NCBI GenBank assembly: GCA_963727895.1
Contig: CAVSHT010000009.1
Location: forward strand, 128,001 to 192,000
DNA length: 64,000 nucleotides
From: an uncultured Methanosarcinaceae archaeon
Lineage (GTDB): Archaea; Halobacteriota; Methanosarcinia; Methanosarcinales; Methanosarcinaceae
Direction: 5' to 3'
Shown here: positions 1 through 11,358 of the stretch, in pieces
Layout of the letters: every line of letters begins with the position of its first letter
How positions within the stretch are numbered: the stretch's first letter is position 1
Made by a program: the position numbers and the translations under genes
The notes under the pieces: generated by a model
The model's input: the letters and a program-made list of their open reading frames with translations, nothing else
The model's database searches: none
Told to the model about the DNA's origin: nothing

Positions 1-925
1 CGAAATTCTTTCGGCAATTATGTATTCACACTTATAATTATCTGCATGTTGGGTTTCAGCAGGTTTTGCCATATCGAGCAGAAGGCTGCTTTTGAGGGAA
101 CGACGGTCCTGAAGGCTGTTGCCTGGTTCCGTTTTTATTGATGTCCTCTGCTTGGCAAGTTCTTTAATAGATGGTTGCTTAACAGATGGTTGCTGTCTAA
201 CAGTACCTTTAGGCCGTCTTTTATCGACGTTTTCTGCAATTATATATTCACACTTAGTTTCGACGTCTTCTCTGTCAAGTTCTGCTGGCTCTATCTCCTT
301 GAACTTCAGCTGAACTTTTGCACCTGTACCTGGCAGAGAGGCAGGAGCTTCCCTGAACTTACCCAGTCTATATGCTGGTTTTTCGTTTTGGAACTCCTTT
401 TTTGGTCAAGTTTTCGGGAAAGAGGTGGAAGGTCAAGAGGATCTTCAGGAAGAGTCGAGAGTAATGGAAGATGGAATATCAGGAGGTTGAGCAACCGGAA
501 CAGTCTTTTTTGCATCATCCAGCTCTCTAGTAAGATTTTCTATTTGTGTTTCCTAAATATTTTATTAGTGTTTTTTGGTCAAGTAATTCTCTGACAAGCC
601 CATCCTGAACGCCTGTAAGTTCCTTCAGCTTCCGCTCAGTTTTCTCAGAGTCATTTTCCCCAGATGTTTTTAATTCCGTTCTTATTTCATTAAGGATCGA
701 TGCTTTGAGTAAGGCAGGATTAGGAATTCCCATAAGCTCTGTCCTAATTTCGGAGAGGACAAGATCTTTGATGGAGTCCTTATCAGAAACATTTTCCATT
801 TCGGTGCGCAGTTCGTTGAGAACCGAAACCTTAATCGATTTCTGGAGAGTCTCTAGCTCTTCATAGGTTATAGACAGTCGCCTTTTAAGCGGTGTATTAT
901 GCATGTCTCTCTGTCCAGTTCTCAT
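1..925 (-). pseudogene. Hypothetical coiled-coil protein, frameshifted, runs off the window edge
   Basis: ATG at 925 preceded by GAGGT. ORF 527-1003 appears to continue in other frames (ETQIENLTRELDDAKK; ORF 306-518). Could be sequencing indels. Confidence 0.5.
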
Positions 926-1540
926 AAAAGTACCTCTCATAATAAATTTGAGTTCCAATTTCCTGATAGCCTGAAGTCTTATGACAGGAAGGTGTATCAG
1001 CACATTATAATTAAATGGATTAAATCATAAGAATTTAAATAATATGTACAAAGTACATGTAATCTTACTTTATATATATATGGTAATCGATAGTACTTTT
1101 CTAGCTTTATAGATCTCTTAATTACAGAAAACTAACACTTTTCTATTTATCTTTGTCGAATTATTCTCCAAAAAATAATCGAATACACAGAGAGTAAAAT
1201 AAAACAATATATAAATTCTAAAAGATTTTTTAGGGAAAAACATAGAATCTGTAGAAGCAGGGAATGAAGAAAAATCAAATAACTTGAATTAAATTTCGAT
1301 ATATATTTTTAATACCTTGTATCATAAATAATAAATGCTAAAGACTAAGAGGCACTTTACATTAGAAAGAAATGGAGTAATATTTATGTTCAAATTTGGG
1401 ATAGACTCTCAAGGAAAGCAAAGAAAAAGATTGATTATTACAAAATAGGGGAATGAAATCCAAGCTTAACTCTAAAATACAATCAGTTAAAGGACGGATT
1501 TCAGCCAGGGAAATAAAATTTTTGAGGGAACGTGTGTTTT

Positions 1541-1780
1541 TTAGTTGATGGATGAAAAAGAATCCTTGAAATCGACCAGTACAGTTTCCCTTGTTTGAAT
1601 TTTTGGGGATGTACAATCCATTTCCGCAGCATTTTCGTTAACAACGGAACCGTGAGTTCCGATATTTTCAAGGAAAAATTGAACCTCATCAAGTTCGGGC
1701 TCGCGGAAATGATCCATTTCAATAATATCCATAATAACACTCAACACGTTTTTGTGTAAGTGATTGGTTATTCGGGTCAT
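1541..1780 (-). CDS. Small acidic hypothetical protein
   Basis: ORF track only; protein-like composition. Confidence 0.35.
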   Translation of the reverse strand: MTRITNHLHKNVLSVIMDIIEMDHFREPELDEVQFFLENIGTHGSVVNENAAEMDCTSPKIQTRETVLVDFKDSFSSIN

Positions 1781-1899
1781 TGGGAGTAATCATAATATAT
1801 CGTATATTAATAATTTACGGTAAACACAGGATTTTTTGAAAAGGACTAAACTAATATATTAATATATAAATGTTATGACCCGGATTAAGTATTATTTTT

Positions 1900-2639
1900 G
1901 GTATTGTTACTTAAATATGTCCAGTTCTTTATTTCTTTATTTCATCAATAGAATAACCGAGTACTTTAGCATTTCAAGACTCTTCGCATAACACTTTGTC
2001 TTTCTTCTCAACCTTGCCAAAAAGTGCCTCAATATGCTGTTATATCCTTCAACAGTATACGTTTCTGCTTTTGATTGAGTATGAATCGTTTCAGGAAGAA
2101 ACTCTGCATATGCCCTCCAGTGATCTGTCATCACTTCTCCAATCTCTTTTTTCTTCAATTTTTCCCAGAGTAGTTTTCCAGTTTCCGTTCCTCTGCTACC
2201 AAAAGAGCAGTTGATAAACTTTTTCCCAACTCTATCAACAGCAATCCAGATCCAGCAATATTTTTTTTGTTACCGATGTAAGTGTACATTTCATCCATTT
2301 CAACAATAGATATCTCATTTTCACTTTTTAGGTCCTCTAACTCTTGACCAAATTTCTTTATTCATTTTTGGACAGAAACGTGACTTACCCCTAAAACTCT
2401 TCCTATTGAGCGAAAGCCCAATCCTTCAAGATAGAGTTGTAAATCCTGTCTTTTTACAGAAGCGGAAAAAGCAGTTGATTTTAGCTCTACTGTATAGTTA
2501 TAGCCACAATCAGAGCATTTGTACCGTTGACGTCCGCCAACTATACCATTCTTTTTGTAATTAGAACTATTGCATCTGGGGCAGTTCATGCAGAAATATA
2601 TGTTATAAGCATATATATCTATTTTTGTGTACCAATTCC
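1900..2639 (-). mobile_element. IS1-family element, copy 1 (nonsense mutations in transposase)
   Basis: 740 bp with imperfect IRs GGTATTGTTAC / GGAATTGGTAC. InsA-like Zn-finger/HTH (MNCPRC...), A-run frameshift site, InsB-like DDE part (TDHWRAY...VEGYN). Premature TGA and TAA. Confidence 0.95.
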
Positions 2640-2886
2640 ATTTTCTTTAATCTATTTTTTCAGTTTTAGTAAAATAAAAAGATATTTCAGTACTTTGGTA
2701 TTTCTGTATGCTCCACTTATTCAGAGAGATCATACTTTTTAATCAAAGAATATATCCGAGTGAACAATAAAAATTTTTTTATTTGGTGAGTGAGTAATTC
2801 CATAACTGTACACGTATGTTTATAAACAATAAACCAGTTCAGCCTACTACTAGAAAACAAATACTAACACTTAGAGGAAACACGAA

Positions 2887-3342
2887 TTGATTAGAAAAGC
2901 TAGGGTAAATGACGTAGTTGTGATGAAGCAGATTATCAACACTTATTCAAAGGAAGAGCTAATGCTAGCCCGTTCATTGAGTGAGATGTACGAAAACATC
3001 AGGGATTATTATGTTTGTGAGATTGATGGAGAGGTTGTGGGATGCTGCGCCTTGCATGTTATATGGGAAGATCTTGCAGAGATACTTGCCCTTGCCGTGC
3101 ACTCAGAACATGAACGAAAGGGAATAGGCACAAAGCTTGTTTCAGCCTGTCTTGAAGATGCTGAAAACCTTGGTATGAAAGATGTCTTTGCACTTACTTA
3201 TGTGCCTGGTTTTTTTGAAACATTGGGCTTTAAGATTGTTGACAAGAACAGTCTCCCCAGAAAAATTTGGGCTGGTTGCCTAAAGTGTCCCAAGTTTCCA
3301 GATTGTAATGAAATTGCTGTCCTGAAATCAGTTAATTCCTGA
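2887..3342 (+). CDS. argA: GNAT acetyltransferase, short N-acetylglutamate synthase
   Basis: MIRKA..., LARSLSEMYENIRD, C-terminal KIWAGCLKCPKFPDCNE motif of short ArgA. Confidence 0.85.
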   Translation: MIRKARVNDVVVMKQIINTYSKEELMLARSLSEMYENIRDYYVCEIDGEVVGCCALHVIWEDLAEILALAVHSEHERKGIGTKLVSACLEDAENLGMKDVFALTYVPGFFETLGFKIVDKNSLPRKIWAGCLKCPKFPDCNEIAVLKSVNS

Positions 3343-3526
3343 ATTATTTGAATTCTTTTTATTTTTTAATATTATATTACAAAAAATTAATTGGATTTGA
3401 GGAAATCACAGTATCAAATAAATATAAATAACCAAAAATCAAAAATTATTTATCCTGGCGATTACTTTTTTTAGGATATCCTAAATATCTGGTCTTAAGT
3501 CAGGCATACATTGGCAGGATGATGTA

Positions 3527-4192
3527 ATGCAGATAGAGCGATTTGAAGAGTATCTTGAAACTATTCTTTACCTAATAAGAAAGAACCAGAGCCCTGCAAA
3601 GACCAAACAGATCTCTGAAGAACTTAATGTATCTCCCCCGAGCGTGACGGAAATGATAAAAAAGTTACATTCTTCGGGACTTGTAGAGTATACACCTTAT
3701 CAGGGAGTTGAATTAACAGAAGAAGGAACCGATCAGGCTATAAAAATTAAAAGAAAACATCAAGTGCTTGAAACCTTCCTTGTTGATGTTCTTGATTTTG
3801 ATCGAAAAGAAGCCCATAGAGAAGCCTGCGAGCTTGAGCATGCTGTATCTGATGCTGTTCTGGAAAAGATCTACGAATTTCTGGGAAGCCCCGAATATTG
3901 TCCTGATGGGAATCCTATTAACATTGACAAAAATAACATCAAGCTAGAAGATGAATTAATTCCGCTTGATGAAATGGAAGAGGGAAGTTCAGGCAGAATT
4001 ATAAGGGTAACCCTTCCCAGAGAAACAAAGGAACGACTGACTTCTCTTGGGATTCTCACGGGAGAAAATGTTGAAATCAGGCGCAAGCAAAAACAGGGCT
4101 GTATCTCAATAATAGTAGTAGGGTCTGAAATTGCTCTCGGAAAGGATGTTGCAAAGAAAATTTTCATAGATCCAAAACGCAAAAACGTTTAA
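3527..4192 (+). CDS. DtxR/MntR-family metal-dependent repressor with C-terminal FeoA domain
   Basis: EEYLETI, SPPSVTEM, EACELEH, CPDGNPI motifs; upstream of feoB. Confidence 0.93.
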   Translation: MQIERFEEYLETILYLIRKNQSPAKTKQISEELNVSPPSVTEMIKKLHSSGLVEYTPYQGVELTEEGTDQAIKIKRKHQVLETFLVDVLDFDRKEAHREACELEHAVSDAVLEKIYEFLGSPEYCPDGNPINIDKNNIKLEDELIPLDEMEEGSSGRIIRVTLPRETKERLTSLGILTGENVEIRRKQKQGCISIIVVGSEIALGKDVAKKIFIDPKRKNV

Positions 4193-4240
4193 AGGCTCAG
4201 AGAAGGCATATAACTGACATCTAACAGAAAAAACAGAGAT

Positions 4241-6220
4241 GTGATAGGGATTTCTAGTTCATGCTGCACTTCCGAAAACGTCAGTAAAAATAAAACTCCT
4301 TATGATCTGACAATTGCTTTCATAGGAAACCCAAGCGTTGGAAAAAGTGTTTTCTTCAGCAGACTCACCGGAGTAGGTGTAGAGGTTTCAAACTATCCTG
4401 GAACCACAGTTGCACTTAAAAAGGGAATTGTACAAGCTCGGGGAAAAACTATTGAAGTAGTTGATTTGCCAGGCATTTATTCTCTTGGAGTCACAAACGA
4501 AGATGAAAAAGTAACCAAGAAATTTCTGATTGACGAACACCCTGATATAATTATTAATGTCCTTGATGCAAGCAGGCTTGAAAGAAATCTGTACCTAACT
4601 TTACGGCTCCTTGAACTCAATATCCCCATGGTTATTGCGTTAAATCAAGTAGATCTGGCTGCAGACCTTGGAATTCTTGTCGATACGAATGAACTTTCCG
4701 AATTGCTTGGTTTGCCTGTAGTGCCGACAGTTGCAACCTGGGGGATAGGACTCGATGAGGTAATGCTTGTAGCTCTTGAAGAACAGGGTAAAACTCAGGA
4801 ACATTACAGGGTAAAATACAGCTCGTGGATCAGGGAAGCTCTTTCCAGTTTGGACTATGCTTTTCCCAATGTTCCTCCAAGTGCAAAGACTGCAGCTCTA
4901 TTAAACGATGCCGAATTTGTAGAACTTTGCTGCATGCCACCTGAGGCTAATGCCCTTCTTTCTTCAGCCAGGAGGTTAAGGCAGAATCTGGAAATGAAAC
5001 AGGGAATTTCAGTGCCTGATACGGTTGCAAGGGATCTCTATGGAGAAGCAGGATATATTGTTGACAGCGTGATTTCAAGGTTTGAACCTAAAAAGAATTT
5101 ACGAGAAAAAATAGATGCTGTCCTTACCTCACCTAACTTTGGGATCGCAGTACTGGTATCTGCCCTACTCCTGACTTTTCTTTTAGTTTTTCGAGTCGGA
5201 GGTTTCCTTGAAGATTGGATAGTAAATGGAATCTTTGAACCTCATGTGATTCTGCCTGCAGAAGCCGCAACTTCAAATATGCCGCTTATTCTCAGAAACT
5301 TAATTGTATATACTCTCAGGGGAGTTGAAGCAGGATTTGCAATTGCAATTCCATATATTGCGGTCTTTTACGCCATTCTTTCAATATTTGAGGATTCAGG
5401 TTATCTTACCAGAGCAGCTTTTCTGCTGGACAATCTTACTCATAAGCTTGGACTTCATGGAAGAGCTGTGATTCCACTGGTTCTTGGCTTTGGCTGCAAT
5501 GTTCCTGCAATTATGGCAGTGCATTCTCTCGGAACTCGAAGGGAGAAAAGAATAGCTTCTCTCCTTATCTCTTTAATTCCTTGCTCTGCAAGAACCGTCA
5601 TTATACTTGGGCTTGTTGGAACTTTTGTAGGTTTCTGGCCTGCGGTTTCAATATATGTTCTGGAAATTTTCATTATTGCTGTCATGGGTGTGATCTTGGG
5701 AAAAAGCCTTCCAGGTCAGAGAAGTGGCTTTATTATGGAGATGACTCCTCTCAGAAAGCCTGAATTGAAATCTACACTCAAAAAGACCTGGATGAAGAGT
5801 AGAGAGTTTTTGTATATTGCTTTCCCACTTTTGCTTGCGGGAAGCGCTTTTCTGGGAGTAGCCGATGCTCTTGGTCTTCTTTCAATCTTCCAAAATTTTG
5901 TAGAGCCTGTATCAGTGGGCCTGCTGGGACTTCCAGCATTTGCAGCAACTGCTTTGGTTTTTGGGATTCTTCGAAAGGAAATGGCACTTCAGATTCTTGC
6001 TGTACTTGCAGGTACAGCCGATTTTGCGGCTGTAATGACACCTGTACAGATGTACCAATTTGCTGTAATTACAACCATCTATATGCCTTGTGTAGCAACA
6101 ATTGCAGTACTAAAGCATGAACTTGGAACGAAAGATACGATTTTGATAGTTATTTTCACTATATTGTTGGCTCTTGGAATAGGGATCTTGATCCGGATTT
6201 TTGGTCCTTCTTTCCTTTGA
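4241..6220 (+). CDS. feoB: Ferrous iron transport protein B
   Basis: GNPSVGKS, NYPGTTV, DLPG G-motifs; GFGCNVP and PCSAR gate motifs; many TM helices. Confidence 0.96.
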   Translation: MIGISSSCCTSENVSKNKTPYDLTIAFIGNPSVGKSVFFSRLTGVGVEVSNYPGTTVALKKGIVQARGKTIEVVDLPGIYSLGVTNEDEKVTKKFLIDEHPDIIINVLDASRLERNLYLTLRLLELNIPMVIALNQVDLAADLGILVDTNELSELLGLPVVPTVATWGIGLDEVMLVALEEQGKTQEHYRVKYSSWIREALSSLDYAFPNVPPSAKTAALLNDAEFVELCCMPPEANALLSSARRLRQNLEMKQGISVPDTVARDLYGEAGYIVDSVISRFEPKKNLREKIDAVLTSPNFGIAVLVSALLLTFLLVFRVGGFLEDWIVNGIFEPHVILPAEAATSNMPLILRNLIVYTLRGVEAGFAIAIPYIAVFYAILSIFEDSGYLTRAAFLLDNLTHKLGLHGRAVIPLVLGFGCNVPAIMAVHSLGTRREKRIASLLISLIPCSARTVIILGLVGTFVGFWPAVSIYVLEIFIIAVMGVILGKSLPGQRSGFIMEMTPLRKPELKSTLKKTWMKSREFLYIAFPLLLAGSAFLGVADALGLLSIFQNFVEPVSVGLLGLPAFAATALVFGILRKEMALQILAVLAGTADFAAVMTPVQMYQFAVITTIYMPCVATIAVLKHELGTKDTILIVIFTILLALGIGILIRIFGPSFL

Positions 6221-6334
6221 ATTCTTTTTTGGTTATACTCTTCTAGTTATATTCTTTTACATATTTTTGTGCATCAAAAACGTATACTTTTCCTTAGTGA
6301 TATTCAGGGATCTTTTTATTGGGGGTATAAATAA

Positions 6335-7074
6335 AGAATTGGTACACAAAAATAGATATATATGCTTATAACATATATTTCTTCATGAACTGCCCCAGAT
6401 GCAATAGTTCCAGTCACAAAAAGAACGGTATAGTTGGTGGGCGTCAACGGTACAAATGCTCTGATTGTGGCTATAACTATACAGTAGAGCTAAAATCAAC
6501 TGCTTTTTCCGCTTCTGTAAAAAGACAGGATTTACAACTCTATCTTGAAGGATTGGGCTTTCGCTCAATAGGAAGAGTTTTAGGGGTAAGTCACGTTTCT
6601 GTCCAAAAATGAATAAAGAAATTTGGTCAAGAGTTAGAGGCTCTAAAAAGTGAAAATGAGATATCTATTGTTGAAATGGATGAAATGTACACTTACATCG
6701 GTAACAAAAAAAATATTGCTGGATCTGGATTGCTGTTGATAGAGTTGGGAAAAAGTTTATCAACTGCTCTTTTGGTAGCAGAGGAACGGAAACTGGAAAA
6801 CTACTCTGGGAAAAATTGAAGAAAAAAGAGATTGGAGAAGTGATGACAGATCACTGGAGGGCATATGCAGAGTTTCTTCCTGAAACGATTCATACTCAAT
6901 CAAAAGCAGAAACGTATACTGTTGAAGGATATAACAGCATATTGAGGCACTTTTTGGCAAGGTTGAGAAGAAAGACAAAGTGTTATACGAAGAGTCTTGA
7001 AATGCTAAAGTACTCGGTTATTCTATTGATGAAATAAAGAAATAAAGAGATAAATATGTTTAGTTAACAATACC
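6335..7074 (+). mobile_element. IS1-family element, copy 2 (inverted relative to copy 1, same nonsense mutations)
   Basis: 740 bp, near-identical to 1900-2639; IRs AGAATTGGTAC ... TAACAATACC. Confidence 0.95.
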
Positions 7075-7085
7075 AAGAAAATTAG

Positions 7086-7160
7086 CGGGCGCGAAGGGAT
7101 TTGAACCCCCGATTTACAGCTTAGGAGGCTGCCGCCATATCCTGGCTAGGCCACACGCCC
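7086..7160 (-). tRNA. tRNA-Arg(CCT)
   Basis: Cloverleaf GGGCGTGTGGCCTAGCCAGGAT...CAGC-CTCCTAA-GCTG...GGTTCAAATCCCTTCGCGCCCG. Confidence 0.97.
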
Positions 7161-7332
7161 ATGAAACATTTTCTAAAAATACCTTATACCTGCTTGTTGA
7201 ATTCACATTTAAGATAAAGCTAGGTAAAGCATTCATAATACCGGTATAAGGTGTATATCAAATTATCGCTTCAGATGAGAGATGTATGTTTCTGTGAAAT
7301 AAGAATAGATCTCTCTGGAAAGTTTTAAATGT

Positions 7333-7366
7333 AATGTAAACCCTTTTTTCACAAATGGTTAACAAT
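7333..7366. promoter_or_regulatory. BirA-type operator upstream of bioY-ECF operon
   Basis: AATGTAAAC-N16-GTTAACAAT resembles the BirA box and lies upstream of a biotin transporter. Confidence 0.65.
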
Positions 7367-7456
7367 TGGTTAGTTTTACAATTGGCTGCATATATTTCAA
7401 GGATTAAAAATTAACTTTTATGATGTTAATTATACGGTTATACGATTGATAATATT

Positions 7457-7557
7457 AATAGAGGTTCAGCCTCTATCAGAAAATAGAGATTCAGTCTCTA
7501 TTAGAAAATAGAAGCCCAGTCTCTATTAGAAAATAGAAGCCCAGTCTCTATCAGAAA
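7457..7557. repeat. 25-bp tandem repeat, about 4 units
   Basis: Unit CAGTCTCTATTAGAAAATAGAAGCC at 7467, 7492, 7517 and partial at 7542. Confidence 0.9.
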
Positions 7558-7732
7558 TTTCAGGTTTTACTAATTAGTTTAAGTTTCTGTATTTCATTCT
7601 TACAAGCCTATATTGCACTGATATATAGCCTAAAAATTTCGGCTATAAGAAACTTTGACAGGTTCAAAACAGGCAAAAAGAGAAACACAGAGTAAAGTTG
7701 ATAAGAGGAAAATAAGAGGAAAAAATGTGCAG

Positions 7733-8290
7733 ATGAAAAACAATGAGTTTTATTTGATCAATAATTCTGAACTAAGAATGATGGTTTTTGCATCTCTTTT
7801 TGCAGCCTTGACTGCTGCAGGAGCTTACATACAGATTCCTATACAATTCTCCCCTGTTCCTGTTACACTGCAGGTTTTTTTTGTCCTTCTTGCAGGAAGC
7901 ATGTTGAAAAGCAAATGGGGAGGTTTGAGCATGATTGTTTATACCCTTCTTGGAATTGTAGGACTTCCGGTATTTTCAGGAGGTAGTTCCGGAATAGGTG
8001 TACTCTTTGGGCCCACAGGCGGATACATAATTGGCTTCATTTTTGCGGCTTATATTATAGGAAAGCTTTCAGAGATGACTGAAACTGCAAAGAAATCCGG
8101 ATTTTTCATTAATACCCTTAACATGATTGCAGGAGTCCTGGCTATTTATGCATGTGGTTTTGTCCAGCTAATGTTTGTAGCTAAACTCGAACCTGCAACA
8201 GCTCTTGCTCTTGGTGTCATTCCTTTTCTCCCTGGAGAAATAGTAAAAACTACAGTTGCCGTATATATTGCTTCAACCCATGAACTCTAA
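7733..8290 (+). CDS. bioY: Biotin ECF substrate component BioY
   Basis: PVPVTLQ, GLPVFSGG, GPTGGYIIGF motifs; start could be further upstream. Confidence 0.93.
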   Translation: MKNNEFYLINNSELRMMVFASLFAALTAAGAYIQIPIQFSPVPVTLQVFFVLLAGSMLKSKWGGLSMIVYTLLGIVGLPVFSGGSSGIGVLFGPTGGYIIGFIFAAYIIGKLSEMTETAKKSGFFINTLNMIAGVLAIYACGFVQLMFVAKLEPATALALGVIPFLPGEIVKTTVAVYIASTHEL

Positions 8291-8396
8291 CTACTTTACT
8301 TTTAATTTTTCTAGAAAAACCTAAATTAAATAAAAAAACTAATGAAATTCTAATTTTCCAGAAAATTGAAAATGAAATAGAAAACTTTGATTAACC

Positions 8397-9221
8397 ATGA
8401 TCAGGCTTGAAAAAGTAAGCTATAGTTACCCTGATGGTACCTTTGCACTTGAGAATATAAACCTGGTAATAAAAAAAGGCGAATTTTTAGGGATAATAGG
8501 AAAAAATGGCAGTGGAAAATCCACACTTGCTCTTCTGATCAGTGGACTCTTGAAACCCCAAACAGGTACGGTTATGATAAAAGAAATGGATACTCATGAC
8601 CTTTCAAAACTGCCTGAAATCCGAAAGTGTGTAGGTATCATATTTCAGAACCCTGAGACTCAATTTGTGGGAAGGACAGTCGAAGAAGATCTGGCTTTTG
8701 GCCCCGAGAATCTTTGCCTACCACCTGTCGAAATCCGAAAGTATGTGGATATAGCGCTTGCCGAAACAGAGCTTGAGAAATACAGGTATCGCTCTCCTAA
8801 AACCCTGAGTGGCGGACAGGGACAATGTGTAGCTCTAGCAGGAGTTCTTGCAATGAATCCTGAATGCCTTATCTTTGATGAGGTAACTTCCATGCTTGAC
8901 CCCGAATCTGGAATAGCTGTTCTTGAAACCATAAAAAAACTGCACCGAAAGGGAAAAACAATTGTATATATTACTCACAATCTTGAAGAACTGCATGACG
9001 CAGATAGAATCCTTGTAATGGAAAAAGGGAAAGTAAAGCTTGCAGGAGAACCTGAGAGTATTTATTCTGATGTTTCTCTCCAAACGCTTGGTTTTGCCCT
9101 GCCTTCACTGTTTGAGCTGGCCAAACATCTGAAAATGCAAGGAATAGTAATACCCTGGGAAAAAACATATTCTCCACAGATCTTTGCAGAGGAAATATGT
9201 CGATTATTCTTGAAAACGTAA
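8397..9221 (+). CDS. ECF transporter ATPase (EcfA1)
   Basis: GKNGSGKS, FQNPETQ, LSGGQ, FDE. Confidence 0.93.
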   Translation: MIRLEKVSYSYPDGTFALENINLVIKKGEFLGIIGKNGSGKSTLALLISGLLKPQTGTVMIKEMDTHDLSKLPEIRKCVGIIFQNPETQFVGRTVEEDLAFGPENLCLPPVEIRKYVDIALAETELEKYRYRSPKTLSGGQGQCVALAGVLAMNPECLIFDEVTSMLDPESGIAVLETIKKLHRKGKTIVYITHNLEELHDADRILVMEKGKVKLAGEPESIYSDVSLQTLGFALPSLFELAKHLKMQGIVIPWEKTYSPQIFAEEICRLFLKT

Positions 9222-10018
9222 ATTATTCTTATTCCAGAAAGACCCCTCTCGAAACTCCTGCTTTAAGGGATATTAACCTGCAAATCGAAAAAGGAGAATT
9301 TGTAGGAATAATTGGGGAAAAAGGTGCAGGAAAATCTACTTTAACAAAACTGTTCAACGGACTTTTAAAGCCTGAAACTGGAACTATCCGCGTTGATGGG
9401 CTTGACCCCTCTTCGAAAGAGGCAAAACGCAAGATAGGGATGGTTTTCCAACAGGCCACTGACCAGCTTTTTTGCAAAACAGTGTATGAGGAAATATCTT
9501 TTGGACCTCTGAACTTCGGTTGCTCAAAAAAAGAAACCGAGGAAAGAGTATATGAAGCAATCAAAGCTGTTTCTCTCGACCAGAGCACACTTTTTCGAGA
9601 TCCTTTTAGTTTGAGTGGAGGAGAAATGCAAAGAGTTACTCTTGCAAGCGCGCTGGCCCTCATGCCAGATTACCTGGTGCTAGACGAGCCTATAACAGGG
9701 CTTGATCCTGTTGGGAAAAAGGAAATTCTTGGTTCTTTAAAAAAAATAAAAGATATGGGGACTGCAATCATAACAGTGACCCATAACCTCAAAGGATTTT
9801 TCCCCCTGCTGGATAAAATAGTCCTCATTAAAGAAGGAAGGATAGTTTTTCAGGGAAGTAGGGAAAGTTATCTTGAAAAAGGGTTCACACCTCTTCCACC
9901 TATCGCCTCCATGATGAAAGAACTAAGGGCAAGAGGACTGCCAGTAAATTCTGTAGCATTCACGATTGAAGATGCTCTTGAAGAGATTCTTAGAGCGAAA
10001 TCCGCGCTCAAAAAATAA
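9197..10018 (+). CDS. ECF transporter ATPase (EcfA2)
   Basis: GEKGAGKS, LSGGE, LDEP. Confidence 0.93.
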   Translation: MSIILENVNYSYSRKTPLETPALRDINLQIEKGEFVGIIGEKGAGKSTLTKLFNGLLKPETGTIRVDGLDPSSKEAKRKIGMVFQQATDQLFCKTVYEEISFGPLNFGCSKKETEERVYEAIKAVSLDQSTLFRDPFSLSGGEMQRVTLASALALMPDYLVLDEPITGLDPVGKKEILGSLKKIKDMGTAIITVTHNLKGFFPLLDKIVLIKEGRIVFQGSRESYLEKGFTPLPPIASMMKELRARGLPVNSVAFTIEDALEEILRAKSALKK

Positions 10019-10128
10019 CTTTAAATATATAAATCAAGGAAGATATGAAAAAACCAGAACAAAGAGAAATTAGAAATGAAAGTAGAAAAATTTTTGAAGT
10101 ATACCTAAAAGAACAAATGTGAAAGAAT

Positions 10129-10914
10129 ATGAAGGAACCTGTTTTTAGTTACGTACCTGGGACTTCTTTTCTTCACAGGCTTGATCCCAGGACAAAAATC
10201 GTAGCAGTAATGCTTTTAGGAATTCTGACTTTCAGGATTGAAAACTTTTGCAGGTATAGGGATTCTTTTCGCATTTTTCGTTGTCCTTGCTTTACTCTCA
10301 GCGTTGCCTATGAAAATATTTTTCAGATCAGTAAAGCCTATGATGCTGTTTATACTCTTTATTTTTCTTACAAAGCTATTTTTTACCGATGGTAAAACCC
10401 TTGCTTCTTATTGGATTTTGCAACCAAGTCTGGAAGGGTTGGAAACTGGGCTCAAACTTGCTGCCCAATTTATACTCCTTTTGCTTTTTGCAGCCCTTTT
10501 GACAGCCAGTACCGATCCTTCGGCAATTACCGCGGCATAGAAAGAATGCTAAGACCTTTACCGCTTCAATGGCTGAAAATCAGTTCTTTTGAGCTTGCTA
10601 CGATGATGAATATTTCTATAGCATTTCTTCCTCTTCTGTTTGAACGAGTTGAGAGGACAAAAGCTGCTCAGGCTGCAAGAGGAATGGATTTTGTAAGGAA
10701 TCCTCTTCGTTCAATTCCTGCCCTTGCGATTCCTCTGCTAAGAGGTGTAGTCAGGGACGCTGAGGAACTTGCTCTTGCAATGGAAAGCAGAGGTTACCAG
10801 GGAAAAAGGCGGACTTCAATACATGAGCTTTCCATGCAGAAAAGTGATTGGAGGGCTCTTTTTATCCTTACACTTTTTACCATTGTTCTTTTGAATTCTC
10901 TGAAAATAACATGA
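10129..10914 (+). pseudogene. ECF transmembrane component EcfT, two frameshifts
   Basis: HRLDPRTK N-terminus and AQAARG / AMESRG motifs split over three ORFs; may be sequencing indels. Confidence 0.85.
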
Positions 10915-10983
10915 AGAAAATTAGAAGATAGAATAAATGTTTTAACAATGTTCTGAATTACTAGCAGTCTTTACAAAGATATT

Positions 10984-11009
10984 AATATATGAACAATTGT
11001 TCATATATT
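10984..11009. promoter_or_regulatory. ArsR/SmtB-type operator
   Basis: Perfect 26-bp palindrome AATATATGAACAATTGTTCATATATT immediately before the ArsR start codon. Confidence 0.85.
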
Positions 11010-11010
11010 C

Positions 11011-11358
11011 ATGCAAGATAAATGTGAAAGAGTGGATTTAAAACAGATAGAATACTTGTTACAAAAGGTTCCTGATCCAGAAAATATCACACGTATGGCT
11101 GCAGTTTTTCAGGCGCTCCAGTCCGATACTCGCCTTAAAATCCTGTTCTTGCTAAGGCAAAAAGAGATGTGTGTCTGCGAACTCGAGCAGGCGCTTAGTG
11201 TTACTCAGTCTGCAGTCTCGCATGGTCTTCGAACCCTCAGACAGCTTGACCTCGTGAGGGTCAGAAGAGAGGGAAAATTTACGATTTATTATATTGCAGA
11301 CGAGCATGTCAGCACGTTGATTGAGATGTGTCTTGAACATGTGGAGGAAAAAGCATGA
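11011..11358 (+). CDS. ArsR/SmtB-family metalloregulator
   Basis: EMCVCEL, QSAVSHGLRTLR, DEHV...LEH. Confidence 0.93.
   Translation: MQDKCERVDLKQIEYLLQKVPDPENITRMAAVFQALQSDTRLKILFLLRQKEMCVCELEQALSVTQSAVSHGLRTLRQLDLVRVRREGKFTIYYIADEHVSTLIEMCLEHVEEKA

Noticed and set aside
1900..7074. Composite transposon carrying feoB
   Set aside because: Outer flanks (TTATTTTT, AAGAAAAT) are not a direct repeat; the crosswise match fits an inversion better.
7457..7557. Possible CRISPR array
   Set aside because: Units are contiguous with no unique spacers, and no cas genes are present.
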